A stretch of DNA of 64,000 bases, taken from Legionellaceae bacterium (GTDB lineage: Bacteria > Pseudomonadota > Gammaproteobacteria > UBA12402). Within the stretch, counting starts at the first letter, position 1. Every line of letters starts with the position of its first letter. This document shows, in pieces, positions 29,755 through 39,630 of the stretch. The notes beneath the pieces were generated by a model, which ran no database searches, was not told where the DNA came from, and saw only the letters and a list, made by a program, of their open reading frames with translations. The position numbers and the translations under genes are program-made. The stretch lies in the NCBI GenBank assembly GCA_002707695.1, contig PANR01000018.1, positions 1,865 through 65,864 of the forward strand, read 5' to 3'.

Positions 29755-30583
29755 ACAGAAAGTCAACAAAGAACACAAGACCGCCTGAAACCACCACGCT
29801 AATAAAAAACAACAAAATTAAAAGACGAGCATGTGAGAATTGCTCCACCCTTGATACGCTGGGCTTTGACAAAGTGGCGGGCGTTAGAGAGTCGAGGCGT
29901 GATTGTAGAGGCAGTAGCTTAAGCTGAGCTTGTTGAGCAGTTTGCAGCAATGAAAGCTTTTCTTGTTGAAGTTCTGACACGACGCGTAATTTTTCTAACG
30001 GATCTTCAGCGCGAGCGTCCGATGACTGTAGGGGAGTAAGCTCTGCATCAAGCTGATTCAACCGCTGTTGACTATCAACAAGCAACTGTTTAACAAACCT
30101 CATCTCCTCAACTAAAAGGTGTCGCTGAGATGCCAGCTCATCTGATTGAAAAGTCGTGAGAGCACGCAAAAGAGAATGAGTTTGTTTTTCAAACCGCTCA
30201 CGTAATACAGCTAAATCATGGCCTTCGGCCTGAATGGTGAACCGGTGATTATCCTGCTCATTTATAATCTGGAGAGGCAAACTGTCCTCACTAGAGACCA
30301 ACTGACTAAGCATTGAATAAACTGCGCTATTTGGCTGAATAGGTTGAAAGACGCTATTAACCTGGTATCCAGCTGGTCGTAATACGGCTGTTAACCGATA
30401 CTCTGGTTTTCTCATAAACACATAAGCAAAACTCAACAGTATGAAAATCAAGAGCGCGCTAAAAAACAATTTTTTTCGACGCAGCAGGGCCCTCACAATA
30501 TCTTCAAGAGAGATATATTGATCTTCTGAAAATGGTTGTTTTGTCATGCGTGTAGGTTCCTTAGGACTGAGGTGTGCCCCCAT
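29720..30583 (-). CDS. polysaccharide co-polymerase / O-antigen chain-length determinant (Wzz-like)
   Basis: The 287-aa protein has an N-terminal TM helix, a long coiled-coil periplasmic region and a C-terminal TM helix. Confidence 0.55.
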   Translation of the reverse strand: MGAHLSPKEPTRMTKQPFSEDQYISLEDIVRALLRRKKLFFSALLIFILLSFAYVFMRKPEYRLTAVLRPAGYQVNSVFQPIQPNSAVYSMLSQLVSSEDSLPLQIINEQDNHRFTIQAEGHDLAVLRERFEKQTHSLLRALTTFQSDELASQRHLLVEEMRFVKQLLVDSQQRLNQLDAELTPLQSSDARAEDPLEKLRVVSELQQEKLSLLQTAQQAQLKLLPLQSRLDSLTPATLSKPSVSRVEQFSHARLLILLFFISVVVSGGLVFFVDFLSKFRTKVDREL

Positions 30584-30619
30584 TTGGAGAGCTCACCTCA
30601 GCGACAAGGATACTTATAT

Positions 30620-30931
30620 TTATCCTACCGTCAACCTCCCCTTCACTTTTGCAATCAACTTATCACCAAAGCCTTTCACGTGGCTCAAGTCGCTCACGGA
30701 TTTAAAAGCGCCGTGCTGTTGGCGATAAGCTACAATGGCGCTGGCACGTTTGGGGCCAATGCCCTTGACGGCTGCCAAGCTGGCAGCATCCGCACCATTG
30801 AGATTAACAGCCGATGGCTGAGCTTGAAAAACCGCTGAGCGGTGATGGTGACTGCTTTCAGCAATGGCTTGCTGAGCACCCATAATTGCCAAGCTACCCA
30901 ATAATAGAACAGTGATTGTTTTTAAACGCAT
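30620..30931 (-). CDS. comEA: ComEA-like helix-hairpin-helix DNA-binding periplasmic protein
   Basis: The protein has a signal peptide and a tandem HhH (VNLNGADAASLAAVKGIGPKRASAIVAYR). Confidence 0.75.
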   Translation of the reverse strand: MRLKTITVLLLGSLAIMGAQQAIAESSHHHRSAVFQAQPSAVNLNGADAASLAAVKGIGPKRASAIVAYRQQHGAFKSVSDLSHVKGFGDKLIAKVKGRLTVG

Positions 30932-31182
30932 CGTTTTCTCCTTAGATTAACGTTAATAATAAAAAACCTTTCTGCAGACGCAATGATCCCGCAAGCAAGA
31001 TAATAGGTTGCAAAAAGGAATGAGTTGCTCGAACGAGCCCACGCATCGTAGCAAATTCGTTGCGAATGTCTAGGATCTGAGAGCAATTTCTTCCAAACTA
31101 ACGGGCAGCCGTCTTGTTTTTGACCGCTTCCTGGCGTATAGTGCGGTCATTGAATTAACTGACAGACTAAGAGAGGAATCTC

Positions 31183-31812
31183 ATGAAAAAAATCATTCCC
31201 GCAGCACTTGCGTTAACTGCATTATCGACGACCGCTTTGGCAGCTCCTTCACTCGCGGGCAGCAACCACAACACATCGGCTTATTACTGGCCAGCAAAAA
31301 CCTGGTATGTAGAAGCAACCGGCGGTACCAACTTTGCTTATTTGGGCGTTTTATCATCAACCAGTACCAATACTGATACGGGCATGCAAGGCTGGGGTTG
31401 GAGTGGCGCAGTCGGCTACAACATACGTGATTTCTTTGCCTTAGAAGCAGGCTTTATGCAGAACTACGTCAATGTTGAAGCCGAGAACGACACCTCTTCT
31501 GGCGATAAGGCTTATATATCAGGTCACACCAATATTCCGTATTTCACCACTCGCTTTACCGTACCTGTTGCCAACCAATTTGCCTTTATCGGTAAACTCG
31601 GCGTTATGTATGCCAGCGCATCGGGCAGCGGTAAAGACAGCGAAGGCACTCAGCAAAACGCCAAATCGCCAAGCCTATTGTTGCCTTATGTCGGCATCGG
31701 CGCGGGCTATTCATTTACACCGAATGTGCAGCTTGTCGCTCAGTATCAGGGCGCGGTTTATGGTATTGTTGGCGCAGGTCTACTCAGCTTAGGTATAGAC
31801 TGGCGTTTTTAA
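31183..31812 (+). CDS. outer-membrane beta-barrel protein
   Basis: The protein has a signal peptide, alternating amphipathic strands and a C-terminal ..IDWRF aromatic terminus. Confidence 0.55.
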   Translation: MKKIIPAALALTALSTTALAAPSLAGSNHNTSAYYWPAKTWYVEATGGTNFAYLGVLSSTSTNTDTGMQGWGWSGAVGYNIRDFFALEAGFMQNYVNVEAENDTSSGDKAYISGHTNIPYFTTRFTVPVANQFAFIGKLGVMYASASGSGKDSEGTQQNAKSPSLLLPYVGIGAGYSFTPNVQLVAQYQGAVYGIVGAGLLSLGIDWRF

Positions 31813-31889
31813 TATTTTAGGTTTTTGAACATCCAAACTCGTGTTAGACTTATGCAATAAATTGTCTTAACGCGAAGAAGGATGTTCAG

Positions 31890-33071
31890 ATGCTTAAAAA
31901 ATTATCACTGTTACTCGTTGCTATATGCATTAGCACCATTACATTCGCTGCTCCTCAACCCCAACTCCTTCCACCAGCACCATCGCTCAATGCCACAGCG
32001 TATGTGCTTATGGATGCCAACAGTGGCAAAATTCTCGCGCAAAAAAACATGAATGCGCAGCATGAGCCTGCTAGCCTGACAAAATTAATGACCTTGTACC
32101 TTACCTTCCGTGCCATTAAAAATGGCACCATCAAACCCACCGATACCGTGTTAATCAGCAAAAAAGCTTGGCACATGGGTGGATCAAAAATGTTTGTTAA
32201 AGTGGGTGATCGCGTACCTGTCGACTTGTTGATTCAAGGTGTAATTGTTGACTCAGGTAACGACGCAACCGTTGCACTCGCACAAGACATTGGCGGCACC
32301 GAACAAAGCTTTGTCAACATGATGAACCAACAAGCACAAGCATTAGGCATGACACAAACTCACTTTGTTGACAGCACCGGTTTACCTGATCCTAATCATG
32401 TCAGCACAGCTTATGATTTAGCACTACTCGCACGCGCGATTATTACCAATTTTCCAAACGACTATCACTACTTCAGCCAAAAATGGTTAACCTATAATAA
32501 AATCAAACAACCCAACCGCAACCGTTTACTCTGGCGGTTTACTGGTGCTGATGGCTTGAAAACAGGTCACACGAGCGAGGCAGGATACTGCTTAATTGCT
32601 TCGGCAAAAAATCCACAGGGCATGCGATTAATTTCGGTTGTCCTTGGTACACCAAGTGATGAGGCACGAGCGAGCGATAGCATGGCCTTGCTGCGATACG
32701 GATTTCACTTTTTCACCACAAAATCATTATACGCTGCCAACACCCCCGTTACACAAGCGCGCATTTGGGGCGGTGAGAAAAAAATGTTGAATGTTGGCGT
32801 GAAAGATCCGTTGTATTTTACAAGCACAACCGCGCAAGCCAACCAAGTCCGGACCACCATCGTGCTGAACAGTCCAATCAATGCGCCGGTGAAAAAAGGA
32901 CAGGCCATAGGCAAAGTCAATGTGATCGTCAACGGCCAAACTGTGCAAACCGTGCCACTCATCGCATTAGAGGCTGACACAAAAGGGGGGATCTTCCGTC
33001 GGTCAACCGATCATGTTGAAGGGTGGTTTCATCACAGTAAAAAACCAGTAGCAAAACCGGCAGCAAAATAG
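31890..33071 (+). CDS. dacA: D-alanyl-D-alanine carboxypeptidase (PBP5/6 class)
   Basis: The protein has a signal peptide and the SxxK (ASLTKLM), SGN and KTG motifs. Confidence 0.85.
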   Translation: MLKKLSLLLVAICISTITFAAPQPQLLPPAPSLNATAYVLMDANSGKILAQKNMNAQHEPASLTKLMTLYLTFRAIKNGTIKPTDTVLISKKAWHMGGSKMFVKVGDRVPVDLLIQGVIVDSGNDATVALAQDIGGTEQSFVNMMNQQAQALGMTQTHFVDSTGLPDPNHVSTAYDLALLARAIITNFPNDYHYFSQKWLTYNKIKQPNRNRLLWRFTGADGLKTGHTSEAGYCLIASAKNPQGMRLISVVLGTPSDEARASDSMALLRYGFHFFTTKSLYAANTPVTQARIWGGEKKMLNVGVKDPLYFTSTTAQANQVRTTIVLNSPINAPVKKGQAIGKVNVIVNGQTVQTVPLIALEADTKGGIFRRSTDHVEGWFHHSKKPVAKPAAK

Positions 33072-33079
33072 AGAGCAAC

Positions 33080-35149
33080 GTGCATAACTACTATCATCTT
33101 TTTACCCTTTGGCTACACAGCCATCCACAATGGGGATCGGTGGTCGCCTTTCTCGTTGCTTTTGCTGAATGTATTCCGCTTTTAGGCACCATCATTCCAG
33201 GATCAGTAACCATGACGGCCATAGGCGTACTCATTGGGTCTGGTGTCATGCCGCTATCTGCAACGCTTGCTTGCGCAACCATCGGCGCAGTCGCGGGTGA
33301 TAGCATTGGTTTGTTAATCGGTTATTACTACAAAGATCAATTAAAACGCATGTGGCCTTTTCGCAAATACCCTAAAATGCTCGAACGTGGCCAACAGTTT
33401 ATTGCACAGCATGGTGGTAAAAGTATCTTTATCGGTCGTTTTGTTGGTGCAATTCGCGCGTTTGTGCCCTTGGTTGCCGGCATGTTAGAAATTCCCCCAT
33501 TACGTTTTTATCTTGTCGACATTGTCTCTGCACTTTGTTGGGCCATTGCTTATATGCTGCCAGGATTTTTAATTGGTATTGCGTCACTCGAAATTCCTGC
33601 CGAAATGGCTGCAAAAGTTATTTTGCTCATCTTATCTTTATTAGTGGTATTATGGGTTGTCACCTGTATTTTAAAAGCAAGTTCGAAATGGATTTATCAA
33701 CACCTCAACGCCATTTCCGATGCAGTCTGGCAAAAACTTAAAAAACGCCCTAAAGCACATGTCATCTGCAACTTACTGCGTTTTCCACAAGAAAGAACGG
33801 AATCAGGCCAGCTCGCGCTAGCGGTTTTTGCGCTGATTCTCACAAGCTTGTTTGTTATTCTTTGGCTAAATGTCATCACGCACAGCATGCTCACCGATTG
33901 GAACGAACCGTTCTATCACCTCTTTCGTGGCATGTACACGCCAGGCATGACAAAAATCATGTTGCTCATTAGCACATTAGGCCAAAAAGCTGTGCTGCTC
34001 CCACTTGGCGCAACGGTTTTTATTTATCTGCTTGCCACTCGCCATGGACGCACAGCATTGCACTGGCTAGCCCTAGTCATTTTAATCACAGTGATTGCTT
34101 ATGCTTGCAAACATTTGTATTACAATCCCAGACCACCTGGTTTGCTCAACGGCCCCATCAATAGCTCATACCCCAGCGGGCATGTGTCGTTATCCGTTGC
34201 ATTTTATGGATTTATTGGTTTTTTACTTGGGCGTCGCATGCCTGAATGGCGGCAAGCTATTTATTGGACCGTCGCGGTCATTTGCTCGCTTGTGGCTTTG
34301 TCCCGATTGTATTTAGGCGCACACTGGTTAACGGATGTTGTGGGCGGTGCATTACTTGCAGGCGCAGTACTTTCAGGGGTGATCATTGCTTATCGTCGCT
34401 CAACGATGCCAGAGATTAATTGGATCGGCATACTAACAACTGCACTCATCACTTTGTTTATCTTTGGCGGCTGGTATCTTCACAAACACCTTCACATGCT
34501 GCAAGAAGACTATCAACCTGTTTGGCCCGAGCATCAAATTGATGAAGACAGCTGGTGGAATCAACAAAGCAATAAAATACCATTATACCGCGCAGGACGC
34601 TTGGGCGAAGCACAACAGATTTTGAATGTGCAGTGGAGCAGCTCACTTGAAGATATCATTTCAACTTTAGCAGCAAATGGCTGGCGAAATGTGCCCGTCA
34701 ATAACTTTTTCACCCTATTCGAGCGCGTCACGCAAGAAGATAAAGTAAAACACATCACCATCATCGAAGAATTAAAGAACGATCACCCCCCCGCCTATAT
34801 CGGCATTCGCACCACGGGTACAGGGCAACCTGCTGTGATTTTCTTATGGGATGCACACGTTACGCTTCAACCAGGCAATAAGCCACTTTGGGTAGGCACA
34901 ATCTATTATCAGACGGTTCATCATTATTCATTGACGCACCAAAACCAGAATATTGAAACACTTTCTGCAATCGAAGAACTCATGCCGTCATTGAAAAATT
35001 ATGTTTACAAGGAAGAAGCGATTGACGCAAAACAATTGCCGCTTCGTTTTAGCTTGAAACAACATTCGCCCTACATGTTAATACTTATTCGCCCACGTAA
35101 TACAAATATCTTAACCATACTTAATCAAAACGCTACACGGCCACTTTAA
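33080..35149 (+). CDS. bifunctional DedA-family / PAP2 phosphatase membrane protein with an extra C-terminal domain
   Basis: The N-terminal region is DedA-like (AFAECIPLLGTIIPGS..GRFVGAIRAF). The central region has the PAP2 motifs KxxxxxxRP, PSGH and SRxxxxxHxxxD (KHLYYNPRP, YPSGH, SRLYLGAHWLTD). About 230 C-terminal residues are unassigned. Confidence 0.75.
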   Translation: MHNYYHLFTLWLHSHPQWGSVVAFLVAFAECIPLLGTIIPGSVTMTAIGVLIGSGVMPLSATLACATIGAVAGDSIGLLIGYYYKDQLKRMWPFRKYPKMLERGQQFIAQHGGKSIFIGRFVGAIRAFVPLVAGMLEIPPLRFYLVDIVSALCWAIAYMLPGFLIGIASLEIPAEMAAKVILLILSLLVVLWVVTCILKASSKWIYQHLNAISDAVWQKLKKRPKAHVICNLLRFPQERTESGQLALAVFALILTSLFVILWLNVITHSMLTDWNEPFYHLFRGMYTPGMTKIMLLISTLGQKAVLLPLGATVFIYLLATRHGRTALHWLALVILITVIAYACKHLYYNPRPPGLLNGPINSSYPSGHVSLSVAFYGFIGFLLGRRMPEWRQAIYWTVAVICSLVALSRLYLGAHWLTDVVGGALLAGAVLSGVIIAYRRSTMPEINWIGILTTALITLFIFGGWYLHKHLHMLQEDYQPVWPEHQIDEDSWWNQQSNKIPLYRAGRLGEAQQILNVQWSSSLEDIISTLAANGWRNVPVNNFFTLFERVTQEDKVKHITIIEELKNDHPPAYIGIRTTGTGQPAVIFLWDAHVTLQPGNKPLWVGTIYYQTVHHYSLTHQNQNIETLSAIEELMPSLKNYVYKEEAIDAKQLPLRFSLKQHSPYMLILIRPRNTNILTILNQNATRPL

Positions 35150-35834
35150 TACTGTTGACAAAACGTTTGAACGGCAAAAAGTTGTTTTTAACTACTTCAA
35201 AACGCGTAACACCATCAATGGGGTTAATCTGACTGGTGCTGGTGCCAGTTAGCCAACACTCAATGCCATAACGTTGTTGCTGCCAAACATACACAACCTG
35301 AGTGAAAACTTTTCCGCTGGTTTTATCCGTCTGTTGATACACAGCAAATAACGCGGGATGGCCTTTAATAGCATGTGTAGCCTGATAAAGTTTGATTGGT
35401 GTGACTTGATAAACGGCTTTCATTCGCTTAACAGTTTCTTGAAGCACCTGTGTCGCATAAAGCTTAAACGGCATCGTCGCCGGTGGTATAGAGACTTTAA
35501 GACGATAAACGGTTTGATCGTGCCAGCCTGGTCCAAAATTCACAGCCGTATAACTTGGCCCTTGTTGATCACTAACTTGGGTATATTCATACTCCGACGC
35601 ATCTGCCGCCTGTGGCACCATGACTGAAAAACTAGCGGGCACTGACATTTGCCCTGGCACGGCTTTGCCAATTCGCGAAACATAATACCCTTGTTGAATT
35701 TTGCCAGACACGTTTTTAACTGTGGGTTGTGGAGCAACGGGTTTCGCTGTTTCATGGGATTGCATCACTACGGCGCAACCCGATAAGCATGTAACAGTAC
35801 TCAGCGCCACTATCATCATTATTTTTTTCATCAT
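35133..35834 (-). CDS. lipoprotein of unknown function
   Basis: The protein has a signal peptide with a lipobox (TCLSGC). Confidence 0.5.
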   Translation of the reverse strand: MMKKIMMIVALSTVTCLSGCAVVMQSHETAKPVAPQPTVKNVSGKIQQGYYVSRIGKAVPGQMSVPASFSVMVPQAADASEYEYTQVSDQQGPSYTAVNFGPGWHDQTVYRLKVSIPPATMPFKLYATQVLQETVKRMKAVYQVTPIKLYQATHAIKGHPALFAVYQQTDKTSGKVFTQVVYVWQQQRYGIECWLTGTSTSQINPIDGVTRFEVVKNNFLPFKRFVNSIKVAV

Positions 35835-35860
35835 CTAAACTCCAACACGTATTACACCAC

Positions 35861-35995
35861 ATCCGTTGCCACATGCACCGCGCCACTACCCACATCAGCA
35901 GCCGCATCAATGGGTGCTTTGAGCAAACAGCCCGAGAGCGCGCCGATCAGCAGCAATAAGGTAAATACTTTAATCAATGCTTTCATACACATTCT
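35861..35995 (-). CDS. entericidin-like small lipoprotein (44 aa); not in the ORF track
   Basis: The reverse-strand ORF reads MKALIKVFTLLLLIGALSGCLLKAPIDAAADVGSGAVHVATDVV. It has a lipobox LSGC, and its size and composition resemble EcnA/EcnB. Confidence 0.45.
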
Positions 35996-36031
35996 CTCAG
36001 CTTAACACTTCACATACTACCAAACTTCACG

Positions 36032-36325
36032 TCAACCTCTCAATAAGCGCTCAATTGTTTTTGGATCCTTCTGGATTAATTTTAACAGGACTTTAGCTGG
36101 ACCTTGAGGCTGACGTGTCCCCTGCTCCCAATGCTGCAGCGTTCTCAAATTAAATGAGTACAGAGCTGCAAATTGCTCTTGCGTCAATCCAATTTTTTGA
36201 CGAATCTTTCTAACATCAACCTCGCCTCGCAACACAATATGCTCAATTCCCTTCGACTTATCACCTTTCATAAACTCAATGGCATCTTCTAAGCCCTTTT
36301 TCAATCGCTGCCCCATGTCACTCAT
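36032..36325 (-). CDS. higA: HTH antitoxin (HigA2/NadS-like)
   Basis: The 97-aa protein has an HTH (LTQEQFAALYSFNLRTLQHWEQG) and is downstream of, and overlapping, the RelE/ParE-family toxin. Confidence 0.7.
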   Translation of the reverse strand: MSDMGQRLKKGLEDAIEFMKGDKSKGIEHIVLRGEVDVRKIRQKIGLTQEQFAALYSFNLRTLQHWEQGTRQPQGPAKVLLKLIQKDPKTIERLLRG

Positions 36326-36672
36326 TTTACACCTCGCCTGTAACTTAATTTCAATTCATTGGCCAATTTAGACAACATCTTTAGCTCTGATTTATCAAGA
36401 TCTTCTTTGTCATGCTTTGAATAAAGATCCAGCAACACAAGTGGGGCCGTATTATTATAGAAATAATAAATCACTCTCACTCCACCTCTTTTGCCTTGGC
36501 CCGATTGCCTCCATCTTAATTTTCTCAAACCACCACTGCCAGGAATCACATTTCCCGACTCTGGAAACTGTGCCAAAAAAGAAATCATTAGAGACCTCTC
36601 ATCATCTGTCAAATACTTCTTGGCCCCACCCAAAAAACAAGGCATCTCAACAACACTGCAATATTCTAGCAT
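36322..36672 (-). CDS. higB: RelE/ParE-superfamily toxin (HigB2-like)
   Basis: The region GGLRKLRW..GKRGGVRVIYYF...LLDLYSKHDKEDL matches HigB2-type toxins. The true start is possibly the internal Met at MPCFLGG. Confidence 0.65.
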   Translation of the reverse strand: MLEYCSVVEMPCFLGGAKKYLTDDERSLMISFLAQFPESGNVIPGSGGLRKLRWRQSGQGKRGGVRVIYYFYNNTAPLVLLDLYSKHDKEDLDKSELKMLSKLANELKLSYRRGVK

Positions 36673-36833
36673 AAGCTACTCCATTGGTCGACTTAATTTG
36701 CGCAAAAATTGGGAAAACATTTGGAAGAAAAACAAAGGTTCCGCCATCATAGCAACAAATGTCTATGGCAAACAAACCCTTTTTGACTGCCTAGCGGTCT
36801 TGCTGAAAGAACTGCGTGAAGGGTTGGTCGAAC

Positions 36834-36894
36834 AAACCCTGATTGGACAGGATGTCCAATCCGGAGCGAGGCAGAGATGTACGTGAGCGTGTTT
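36834..36894. repeat. 61-bp core copy of a small dispersed repeat (palindromic TTGGACAGGATGTCCAA core); related to the element at 62236..62388
   Basis: It matches 62305..62364 almost exactly, except for a 6-7-nt central variable patch. Confidence 0.7.
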
Positions 36895-37006
36895 GCAAGC
36901 AACATGAGTAAAGAATTAATCAAACAGCCTCTCATCTCTTTTATTTTCAAATATCACAAGATAAACTAGCCCCACGCAGATAACCCAACACAGCAAGGAA
37001 AACATC

Positions 37007-37990
37007 ATGCATCATCCCTGGCTTGGCCTTGGCCTTTTTGCCATCGAGACATTGATCATCGTCATCGCAATTGTAGCGATCTTCATCGCGTTTTTCACAC
37101 TCCTTGCTCGCGGCAAACTGGATAGTAAAAAAAATCGATTAAAAATCGAGAATCTTAATAAAAAATATCAAGATATGCAGTCGACACTGCAAGAAGAAAT
37201 ACTCGACAAAAAAGCATTTAAACAATTTAAAAAAAATATAAAAACGAAAAATAAAAACAATCCTCGCTTATTTGTGCTGCAGTTTAAAGGTGATATGACA
37301 GCAAAAGGTGTTGGTCAGCTGCGTGATGAAATTACCATGATACTCACCAGCGCAACGGAAAAAGACGAAGTGTTACTGCAGCTAGAAAGCCCAGGCGGTG
37401 AAGTGACCAACTATGGATTAGCTGCATCGCAATTGCAGCGCATCCGCACAGCGAACATTCCACTCACTGTCGCCGTCGACCGAGTGGCGGCAAGCGGCGG
37501 ATACATGATGGCCTGTGTCGCCAATCGAATTCTCGCAGCGCCCTTTGCTGTGCTAGGCTCAATTGGCGTGGTATTACAAGCGCCCAACGTTCATCAGTTT
37601 TTAAAATCGCGCGGTATTGATGTTGAATTACTCACTGCGGGTGAAAACAAACGCAACTTAACCCTGCTTGGCAAAAACACTGATGAAGATCGTCAAAAAG
37701 CACAAACCATCATTGATGACATTCATCAGCAGTTTATAGAACATGTTAAAACGCATCGACCCCAAGTGGAGATTGAAAAAATTGCAAAAGGTGACTTTTG
37801 GTTTGGCGCACGCGCACTTGAACTAAAGTTGATTGACGAGATCAACACAAGTGACGACTATCTTTTACAAGCTACAAAAAAACAATCGATTTATCAAATT
37901 AGCACACAACGAAAAAAACGTTTTATTGAAAAAATAATTGGCACAGCAAAAGCTGAGTTTCAATCAATACTCAACAACAAGGTTATTTAA
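37007..37990 (+). CDS. sohB: inner-membrane S49 peptidase SohB
   Basis: The protein aligns along its full length to E. coli SohB as I recall it (FVLQFKGDM.., LESPGG, TVAVDRVAASGGYMMACVA). Confidence 0.85.
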   Translation: MHHPWLGLGLFAIETLIIVIAIVAIFIAFFTLLARGKLDSKKNRLKIENLNKKYQDMQSTLQEEILDKKAFKQFKKNIKTKNKNNPRLFVLQFKGDMTAKGVGQLRDEITMILTSATEKDEVLLQLESPGGEVTNYGLAASQLQRIRTANIPLTVAVDRVAASGGYMMACVANRILAAPFAVLGSIGVVLQAPNVHQFLKSRGIDVELLTAGENKRNLTLLGKNTDEDRQKAQTIIDDIHQQFIEHVKTHRPQVEIEKIAKGDFWFGARALELKLIDEINTSDDYLLQATKKQSIYQISTQRKKRFIEKIIGTAKAEFQSILNNKVI

Positions 37991-37991
37991 C

Positions 37992-38921
37992 ATGGGACAT
38001 CATCACCACGGTCATAGTCATAGCCATGGTCACGGACATGGGCACCATCACCACGGCGCAAACTCGTCACTTAAAGTGATTATCATCGCGACGATCATTA
38101 TTTTTGGCTTTGCTATTATCGAAGTCATTGGGGGCGCCATTGCTAATTCACTGGCACTCTGGAGTGATGCGGCGCATATGCTCACCGATGCTGCTTCCTT
38201 AATGCTTGCCGGCTTTGCCGCATGGATCGCTAAGCGACCACCGTCAGATAAATTTACTTATGGGCTTGGCCGTGCCGAAGTGATTGGGGCAACTATTAGC
38301 AGCATGATTTTGTTAATTATGGTGATTGCTATTGTAGCCACAGGTGTCGACCGCCTACATCGCGAACATCATGTTGACGGCGGTACCGTGGCCATCATCG
38401 CCGCGATTGGTTTAATTGCCAATATTGTTGTGGCGTACGTATTAAGCCACGGCGAGAAAAATTTAAATATTCGCGCAGCGATTATTCACGTACTGGGCGA
38501 TGTGCTCGGCTCATTTGCTGCTATTATTGCAGGGGTTATTATTTATTTTACTGGCTGGATGCCCATTGATGCCATCTTATCTTTTGTCATCGCCGGATTA
38601 ATTTTTGTTGCTAGCTTTCGACTGCTACTGGAAACCTTATCCGTTCTTATGGAAGGCGTGCCAAAAGGCATGACACTTGCTGACGTTGGAAATCATATGG
38701 CGAGCGTCGACGGCATTCACTCGGTGCATGATTTACATATTTGGACATTAGCAACAGGTCAAATCATGCTAACTGCCCACGTCAACTTAACCAACATCGA
38801 GCACTGGCAAACCTACCTTAAACACTTAAAACACCTGCTGCATGACAAATATGAAATTGAGCATATTACCTTGCAACCCGAAGTGAATGAATTTACGTTA
38901 CATCACATTAAAGAGCCTTAA
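37992..38921 (+). CDS. cation diffusion facilitator (CzcD/ZitB-type) with a His-rich N-terminus
   Basis: The protein starts MGHHHHGHSHSHGHGHGHHHH, followed by 6 TM helices and a CDF signature. The ATG directly follows the sohB stop. Confidence 0.8.
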   Translation: MGHHHHGHSHSHGHGHGHHHHGANSSLKVIIIATIIIFGFAIIEVIGGAIANSLALWSDAAHMLTDAASLMLAGFAAWIAKRPPSDKFTYGLGRAEVIGATISSMILLIMVIAIVATGVDRLHREHHVDGGTVAIIAAIGLIANIVVAYVLSHGEKNLNIRAAIIHVLGDVLGSFAAIIAGVIIYFTGWMPIDAILSFVIAGLIFVASFRLLLETLSVLMEGVPKGMTLADVGNHMASVDGIHSVHDLHIWTLATGQIMLTAHVNLTNIEHWQTYLKHLKHLLHDKYEIEHITLQPEVNEFTLHHIKEP

Positions 38922-38932
38922 AGCCACGCTTG

Positions 38933-39610
38933 TTAGAACTCAATACGCTCTCCCTGCCAGTCGAATAAATCACCACTCATGGCAGGCGTTGTTTTTTGAA
39001 TCTGATCAAACAAATAACCCGCCGCTTGCTGTGGGGAAAATAACTTTTCAGGCTTGATATATTTTTGAAATGGTTTAGTTAAGCGGGTATCTACTGTGCC
39101 TGGATGATATCCACAGATGGCCACTTTCGGAAAACGACGAGACCACTCAATGCTGATATTTTTAATCAACATGTTTAAGGCACACTTACTGGCCCGATAG
39201 CTATACCACCCTCCTAAGCGATTGTCTGAAAGGCTAGACACCCTCGCGGACAACGTAATAAAAATTAATTCATCTTGTCTACTCAGCTTTTCTGAGAGAC
39301 ATTGTGCAATCCACATCACTGGTATGGCGTTCACACGCAAGCTCTCATAAAACCACTCAGCCTCAAATGTTGAAAGTGATTTCTCAGGCATGTGCTGATC
39401 GTCATAAAGCATGCCAACAGTATTGACGATAACAGATGGCAGTTGACCGGTTTGAAACAAGCGCCTAACATCTTCACGCTGGGTGATATCATATTCTGGA
39501 CGTGAAATTAGTACTGCTTCAACACCCAAGTCTTGATATTTTTTAGCCAAAGCCTTGCCGACCCCGCCCCCACCGATAATCCAAATACTTTGATCAAAAT
39601 GCATAGCCAC
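38933..39610 (-). CDS. short-chain dehydrogenase/reductase
   Basis: The protein has the N-terminal motif IGGGGVGKAL and YxxxK (YSYRASK). Confidence 0.7.
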   Translation of the reverse strand: MAMHFDQSIWIIGGGGVGKALAKKYQDLGVEAVLISRPEYDITQREDVRRLFQTGQLPSVIVNTVGMLYDDQHMPEKSLSTFEAEWFYESLRVNAIPVMWIAQCLSEKLSRQDELIFITLSARVSSLSDNRLGGWYSYRASKCALNMLIKNISIEWSRRFPKVAICGYHPGTVDTRLTKPFQKYIKPEKLFSPQQAAGYLFDQIQKTTPAMSGDLFDWQGERIEF

Positions 39611-39630
39611 AATCTCCCATAGGCTTTATA

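Noticed and set aside
37992-38060. His-rich tract (GHHHHGHSHSHGHGHGHHHH) as an engineered His-tag or insertion
   Set aside because: A natural metal-binding N-terminal extension is common in CDF (CzcD/ZitB) transporters. It is in frame with a normal native start directly after the sohB stop.
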